Shown here: piece after piece, positions 58,906 through 64,000 of the stretch
Layout: each line of letters starts with the position of its first letter
How positions within the stretch are numbered: the stretch's first letter is position 1
Source of the DNA: a bacterium
Lineage (GTDB): Bacteria; Patescibacteriota; Minisyncoccia; Phycocordibacterales; UBA1006
Assembly (NCBI GenBank): GCA_030433255.1
Contig: JAUIMI010000001.1
Span: forward strand, 311,362 to 375,361
Direction of reading: 5' to 3'
DNA length: 64,000 nucleotides
Position numbers and translations under genes: made by a program
Notes under the pieces: generated by a model
The model's database searches: none
What the model saw: the letters and a program-made list of their open reading frames with translations, nothing else
What the model was told of the DNA's origin: nothing

Positions 58906-60699
58906 TTATTTTTTCATCATTTTTAAAAATACATCATGAGAAATATTAACTTTCCCCATAGCTGCCATTTTCTTTTTTCCCTTCTTTTGTTTTTCTCGTA
59001 ATTTCATTTTTCGTGTGATATCTCCACCATATAATTTTGCTGTTACATCTTTTTTCATAGCCGAGAGTTTACGCGAAGCAACAATTTTCCCGAGAACTTT
59101 TGCTTGAATTTTTACCACAAACATTTGACGTGGCAGTGCCTTATAGAGTTTTTCTACTGTTTCATCTGCTTCTTGATCAGCCCGTCTTGTTGAAACAATA
59201 CGAGAGAATGCAGCTACTGGTTCTTCGGCAACAAGCACATCTAACCGTGTAACATCAGCGCTGCGCATTTCATTTATTTCGTAGGAAATAGATGCATAAC
59301 CAGATGATACTGATTTAAGTGCATCAAAAAAATTCCGCATAAGTTCTCGGAGTGGCATATGGACAATAATTTGCGTTCGACCATCTCCAAAAGTGATAGT
59401 CTCTCCTGTTTCTCCTTCATGTTCATAGAGTAACTGCATAATATTACCTAAATATTCTGAAGGAGAAATAATTTTCATTTCAACCCATGGTTCTTCTATC
59501 ATTGCCACGTCACCATGATCTGGAAATAGTGCAGCAGAATAAACAGTAACCATATCTCCATTTTTCTTCATCACTTCATAAGTAACTGATGGAGACGTAA
59601 CGATGAGATCTAAGTTAAATTCCCTACGCAACCTTTCTGAAATAATTTCTAAATGGAGCATACCAAGACACCCAACACGAAAACCACGACCTAGTGTCCC
59701 AGACACCTCTTCTTCAAAAGATAAAGATGAATCAGATAATTGCAATCTACCAAGTGCTGTTTTTAATAGTTCAAAATCATCAGTCGATTCTGGGTATACT
59801 GAAGCCCACACGACAGGTGTTGGTTCCATGTACCCAGACAGTGTTTCCAGTTGATTTTTAAAGAGTGTTACCGTATCACCAACCTGTGCCACTTTTGCCT
59901 CTTTGATTCCGGTAACAACATACCCAATTTCTCCAGCAGAAATACAATCGGTTGACTGTGCGTCAGGTTTAAATACCCCAACATCGAGTGCAAAGAATTT
60001 CTTTTTTGAGGTTCCAAAAATCATCTGATCGCCTTTTTTTATTTGACCATCCATGAGACGTACATAGATAATGACACCCTTGTGGTTTGAATATTCAAAA
60101 TCAAACACGAGACCACGAGAACTTGTTGTGTCTGCAATAATCTCTGTTGGCGGTTCAACTTGCTCTATAATCCTTTCGATAAGTTCTGGAACACCTTCAC
60201 CTGTTTTACCTGAAACGAGCAGTATGTCATCAGGATCAATATCAAGTAAGTTCATTACTTCTTCTTTAATTTCTTCAACGCGAGCAAGTGGAGAATCAAC
60301 CTTTGAAAGAGCTGGAATAATTTTTAATCCAGCTTTTTTTGCCATTTCTAAGGTTGTAAATGTTTGTGCTTGCACTCCTTGAGTTGCATCAACAAGAAGA
60401 ATTGAGCCTTCTACCGCTTTGAGTGCACGAGAAACTTCATATGAAAAATCAATATGACCAGGAGTATCAATAAGGTTAAGAATATAGTTTTGATTATTAT
60501 ACCCATATTCCATACGGACTGGTTGCATTTTAATGGTGATACCGCGCTCTTGTTCTAATTCCATCGTATCAAGCATTTGATCACGCATTTTACGTTCTGG
60601 AATTGTATGAGTCACTTCCAACATGCGATCAGCAAGTGTTGATTTACCATGATCAATATGAGCAATAATAGAAAAATTTCTAATGTGAGATAAATTCAT
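58906..60699 (-). CDS. lepA: translation elongation factor 4 (LepA)
   Basis: NFSIIAHIDHGKSTLADR is the G1 motif. DTPGHIDF and NKVD are present. The LepA-specific C-terminal domain is present. The length is 597 aa. Confidence 0.95.
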   Translation of the reverse strand: MNLSHIRNFSIIAHIDHGKSTLADRMLEVTHTIPERKMRDQMLDTMELEQERGITIKMQPVRMEYGYNNQNYILNLIDTPGHIDFSYEVSRALKAVEGSILLVDATQGVQAQTFTTLEMAKKAGLKIIPALSKVDSPLARVEEIKEEVMNLLDIDPDDILLVSGKTGEGVPELIERIIEQVEPPTEIIADTTSSRGLVFDFEYSNHKGVIIYVRLMDGQIKKGDQMIFGTSKKKFFALDVGVFKPDAQSTDCISAGEIGYVVTGIKEAKVAQVGDTVTLFKNQLETLSGYMEPTPVVWASVYPESTDDFELLKTALGRLQLSDSSLSFEEEVSGTLGRGFRVGCLGMLHLEIISERLRREFNLDLIVTSPSVTYEVMKKNGDMVTVYSAALFPDHGDVAMIEEPWVEMKIISPSEYLGNIMQLLYEHEGETGETITFGDGRTQIIVHMPLRELMRNFFDALKSVSSGYASISYEINEMRSADVTRLDVLVAEEPVAAFSRIVSTRRADQEADETVEKLYKALPRQMFVVKIQAKVLGKIVASRKLSAMKKDVTAKLYGGDITRKMKLREKQKKGKKKMAAMGKVNISHDVFLKMMKK

Positions 60700-60752
60700 G
60701 ATTTGTATTCTAACAGAAAGGTAAAAAGTATAAAGAAAATATATAAAATATA

Positions 60753-60776
60753 AAACGTCGAATATTCGACGTTTTA
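60753..60776. terminator. perfect palindrome / bidirectional terminator
   Basis: AAAACGTCGAATATTCGACGTTTT lies between a 45-codon ORF (60786..60923, minus) and the lepA start. Confidence 0.45.
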
Positions 60777-61028
60777 TTTCTTATCCTAAAATAGGACAAT
60801 TCTTAAATTTTTCATCAACCTCTAAACTAATAAGATTACCAATTGCTTGTAAAACTTGTTTTTGTTCAAATCCAGAAGTATTCTCTAAAATTTCTGAAAT
60901 TTCTTTTTGAGTGTAGTTCATACTTTATAAAATTTTATTTGTAAAATATTTTAATACAAAGTAAACAAAATGCAATTTTCTAAATAGATAACTTTACAAT
61001 TTTATTAAAATCAGTATATTAAAATAAT

Positions 61029-61604
61029 ATGAAATGGTTTACTGAAACAATTATTACACTTACACCACTATCACTTGCAATACTTCTGGTAGCAGCAATG
61101 TGTTTAGGTTGGGTGATTTATGGACTACGAGGTTATAAATATTGGTGGCGACGATTCCATCGATACAAAACAGTTCCATCACGTAAGCAATTAAAACGAA
61201 ATTATGGATATGTAGAGTATGTTCCTGAAGTAATAAATCATGTAGTACCTGTTGCACCACAACCAGTAAAACGTGCACCACAGATTATTACAAAACAACC
61301 AGTTACGTATAATACTGAACAAGTACCAATGGAGAAACCATCAACATATTCAACAAAAGATGATTTACAAGTCATTGAAGGAATTGGTCCTAAAATTGAA
61401 GATATTCTTAATATGAATGGAATCTATACATGGCAAGAATTATCACAAACACCAGTTGATAATATAAAGGTTATGCTAGAGCGTTCAGGGAAACAATTTC
61501 AAATGCACGAACCAAAAACGTGGCCAGAGCAAGCACATATGGCATATACCGGACAATGGGATGAACTAAAGGCTTATCAAGACTTTCTTCATAAGGGAAA
61601 ATAA
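61029..61604 (+). CDS. membrane-anchored protein with a C-terminal helix-hairpin-helix (DUF4332-like) domain
   Basis: An N-terminal TM helix is present. The C-terminal DLQVIEGIGPKIEDILNMNGIYTWQEL is an HhH motif. Confidence 0.45.
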   Translation: MKWFTETIITLTPLSLAILLVAAMCLGWVIYGLRGYKYWWRRFHRYKTVPSRKQLKRNYGYVEYVPEVINHVVPVAPQPVKRAPQIITKQPVTYNTEQVPMEKPSTYSTKDDLQVIEGIGPKIEDILNMNGIYTWQELSQTPVDNIKVMLERSGKQFQMHEPKTWPEQAHMAYTGQWDELKAYQDFLHKGK

Positions 61605-61628
61605 AAACAGCATTATTGCTGTTTTTTA
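61603..61628. terminator. bidirectional terminator between 61029..61604 (+) and murJ (-)
   Basis: AAAAACAGCA-ttat-TGCTGTTTTTT is a hairpin flanked by A- and T-runs. Confidence 0.55.
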
Positions 61629-63338
61629 CATATCTTCATATGAACTAATTGATGTCTTCCATATTTTTTTACGAAGTGCACGAATTAACAGTCGTATTTC
61701 TTCATTCCTTATAAAATAAAGAACAAAAAAACCAATAATAAGGGCAACACAACCCGATACAAATCCATGACCAAATACTCCAAACACTGTCTCTTGGCTA
61801 AAGAGTGGATCGGTTAACTGTAACATACTATAGGCAATGACACCCATTAATATGGATGTAGAAAAAGATTGCCAAAAAGATTTTTTAATTCCATATCCAC
61901 CAACATATTTGAAGTCTTTTTTGAAAACAAATAGTAGAAGTCCTAAGTTAATAAACATACCAACAGAATACGCCAGAGAGAGCATAATCACATTTGAACC
62001 AGAAACACCCTTAATTCTCAAAAGACTTTCAAAGAAATCTTGTATTCCAGGAATATCAGCATACAAATATATAAACAAATACGCACAACCTATAGTTACA
62101 GCTGATGAACCTAATGTAATCCAAAGAGGTTTCCACGTCCTTCCTGAAGCATAATATGCACGGATAAGTAGTAGAATAATACTTTGAGCTATTACGGAAA
62201 TAATAAATAGAGCAAGTGAAGCAGCTGTCAAACGAGTATCTGACCAATCAAAGTTTCCTGTACCGAGAATAACACGAACAATTTGTGCTCTTAATACAAC
62301 AAAAAGTGAAATAACTGGTAGTGACCAAAATACAATCTGACGAATAGGGACCATAACATGTGCCATAAACTCTTCAAAATTTTCTTTATTAAAATACTCA
62401 ACAAGTACGGGAAAAGCAGCAACTGAATATGATACCCCTATGATAGCTAAGGGTACAGATTGTAAGTTGTAAGAGAGATTAAATACAGAGATAGTTCCCG
62501 AAGCTAAGGTAGAGGCAATTGATACAAAAACAAGGAATACAATTTTAGACATTGAAAGTGTTATTGTTCGTGGTAATGAATGACCAACAACAACCCCAAC
62601 ATGAGACCAATCAATATTTCTTGTCAAAGAAGGTCGTAACCCTTGGCCTATTACAACAGGTAGTTGAATACCCATGTGCATCAATGCCCCTAGAATAACA
62701 CCATACCCTAACCCTTCAATTCCAAATATAGGATATAAAACCACGATACCTAAAATAATTCCAATATTATAAAAAACAGGTGCAATTGCATATACAAAAA
62801 ATTTCTTAAATGACTGAGTGATAGTTGCAAAAAGATTCGAAACTCCAAGAATAATTGGAGACAACAACATAATACGAGAAAGTATAATAGTCTGATCTAA
62901 TTCTTCTGAAGAAAAACCAGAAAAAAGCTGTACAACGATATGAGGCATCAATATCCATGCAAGTAACGCAAGTATACTAATACTCAAAAAAAAGACAGTA
63001 AATATTTCGTTCAAAAAACGCTTTCCTTCTTTGTGGGATTTTCCTAGTTGCGTTTTTAAAAAAGGCATAAGTATTGATACTGATACCAAAGCCGCTCCAA
63101 AGGTAAATAAAAGATCGGGAATACGAAACGCAGCATAATAAATATCAAGCGTTGTTCCAGCACCAATATGTCCAGCTAAAAATCTATCACGAAAAATACC
63201 CAAAACCTGTGAAAGTAAGGTAAAAAAACCAAGCACCAAAGCGGCTTCAGAAATTTTAGAAAATTCCCGATTAAAGAGTTTCATAATACGTTCCATATAA
63301 ACTGTACCTAGTGTACACGAAGCTTGTTCGTAAATCAA
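61626..63338 (-). CDS. murJ: lipid II flippase MurJ
   Basis: There are 14 predicted TM helices. The MurJ N-terminal pattern is EAALVLGFFTLLSQVLGIFRDRFLAGHIG. The real start is probably the internal Met (MKLFNRE, about 63284). Confidence 0.85.
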   Translation of the reverse strand: MIYEQASCTLGTVYMERIMKLFNREFSKISEAALVLGFFTLLSQVLGIFRDRFLAGHIGAGTTLDIYYAAFRIPDLLFTFGAALVSVSILMPFLKTQLGKSHKEGKRFLNEIFTVFFLSISILALLAWILMPHIVVQLFSGFSSEELDQTIILSRIMLLSPIILGVSNLFATITQSFKKFFVYAIAPVFYNIGIILGIVVLYPIFGIEGLGYGVILGALMHMGIQLPVVIGQGLRPSLTRNIDWSHVGVVVGHSLPRTITLSMSKIVFLVFVSIASTLASGTISVFNLSYNLQSVPLAIIGVSYSVAAFPVLVEYFNKENFEEFMAHVMVPIRQIVFWSLPVISLFVVLRAQIVRVILGTGNFDWSDTRLTAASLALFIISVIAQSIILLLIRAYYASGRTWKPLWITLGSSAVTIGCAYLFIYLYADIPGIQDFFESLLRIKGVSGSNVIMLSLAYSVGMFINLGLLLFVFKKDFKYVGGYGIKKSFWQSFSTSILMGVIAYSMLQLTDPLFSQETVFGVFGHGFVSGCVALIIGFFVLYFIRNEEIRLLIRALRKKIWKTSISSYEDM

Positions 63339-63368
63339 AAAAACCAGAAATTTCTGGTTTTTAGCATA

Positions 63369-63995
63369 CTATTGGTAGTATGTTTGTGTTATTGGATGTG
63401 GTTTATCAATACCGAATTCACCAACACCAAGAATAAATACTGCTGAGAGTATACCAAAGAGTGTTACGTGTGATGTAACATCTTCCCCAAAATAGAAAAA
63501 TGACATTGAGAGAATAAAGAGCGCTACAACTGAAGCTAAACGTGTTTTCCAACCGAGAATAAGTACGATACCGACAATCAATTCAATAATACCAGCTGAG
63601 AAAGCCCACATCATAGAAGAAACAGGAATCACATTAACGAGCCCAGTATTTTCAGCAACGAGAGCAGCAAGTTCAGGAGTGAGTATTTTTTCTACTATTG
63701 CTAAGTATGCCATCCCAATTCCAATTCCAACACGCAAAATAGTTGGTAAATACTTTCGCAACTTTTTGATATGAATGTGAAGAATATTAGGAATACCCAC
63801 AATATCATCAACTCCTGGTCTTCTACTGTCTAGTACAAAAATTGATAAGATGAGTGCCAAAATATCAAATGAACCAATGAGGTAAATATCTTGAGTAAGT
63901 GCAAAAATAAACAACAAGAGTGCAACCAGTGCAGAAAGACTTGTTAAGAATCCAGCCATTAAAAAGAAACCAATAACAAGCTGAAGAAGATTCAT
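63369..63995 (-). CDS. DoxX-family membrane protein
   Basis: A four-helix DoxX-like topology is present. The gene ends near the window edge. Confidence 0.55.
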   Translation of the reverse strand: MNLLQLVIGFFLMAGFLTSLSALVALLLFIFALTQDIYLIGSFDILALILSIFVLDSRRPGVDDIVGIPNILHIHIKKLRKYLPTILRVGIGIGMAYLAIVEKILTPELAALVAENTGLVNVIPVSSMMWAFSAGIIELIVGIVLILGWKTRLASVVALFILSMSFFYFGEDVTSHVTLFGILSAVFILGVGEFGIDKPHPITQTYYQ

Positions 63996-64000
63996 CCATT

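Overview
The window is AT-rich (roughly one-third GC by eye) and densely packed with genes. The backbone appears to belong to a bacterium with a reduced genome, translated with the standard code because long intact ORFs are present. PheS, PheT and Obg are all unusually short, consistent with a Patescibacteria/CPR-like lineage. That placement is only an inference. Identifiable backbone genes on the left are an M23/EnvC-like peptidase and EngB. After the insertion described below come RplI, an S41 CtpA-like protease, RsmI, tRNA-Leu(GAG), an Excalibur-domain protein, GlmM, an Nth-like glycosylase and a MacAB-like ABC efflux trio. A SIMPL-domain protein and a complete F1Fo ATP synthase operon (atpI-like, B, E, F, H, A, G, D, C) follow. 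Then come tRNA-Ile(GAU), PrfA, L31, an MltB-like transglycosylase, L25, PheST, GatB, Obg, a MYG1 hydrolase, a GatB/YqeY protein and a DnaQ-like exonuclease. The right end carries RmuC, a GH3-family protein, LepA, MurJ and DoxX. The most interesting part is an insertion of about 16.7 kb at 2479..19217, lying between the convergent genes engB and rplI. It is bounded by a perfect 15-bp direct repeat (TGTTGTGCGACGTTA). Inside it are a pseudogenised tyrosine integrase next to the left repeat and two large secreted FG-GAP/beta-propeller adhesin-like proteins. One adhesin has a Bacteroidetes-type T9SS C-terminal sorting domain and one carries 100% identical internal repeats of about 330 bp. The island also holds an intact large serine recombinase with an unusual C-terminal HTH tail, and a tight four-gene operon. 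That operon encodes a CAS/TauD-like Fe(II)/2-oxoglutarate oxygenase, an AlaX-M-type tRNA trans-editing homolog, a small membrane protein and a 1019-aa FtsK/HerA/TrwB-like ATPase with a possible C-terminal nuclease-like domain. Further cargo includes a TPR lipoprotein and the remains of a double-glycine-leader peptide/ABC/HlyD export locus. An XRE regulator with a palindromic operator and a replisome-organiser fragment complete the island. I regard the oxygenase + AlaX + membrane + ATPase operon on this decaying integrative element as the best candidate for an undescribed system. The hypotheses are tRNA-directed defence, antimetabolite production with self-protection, or transfer cargo. I found no CRISPR arrays, rRNA genes or intact transposases.
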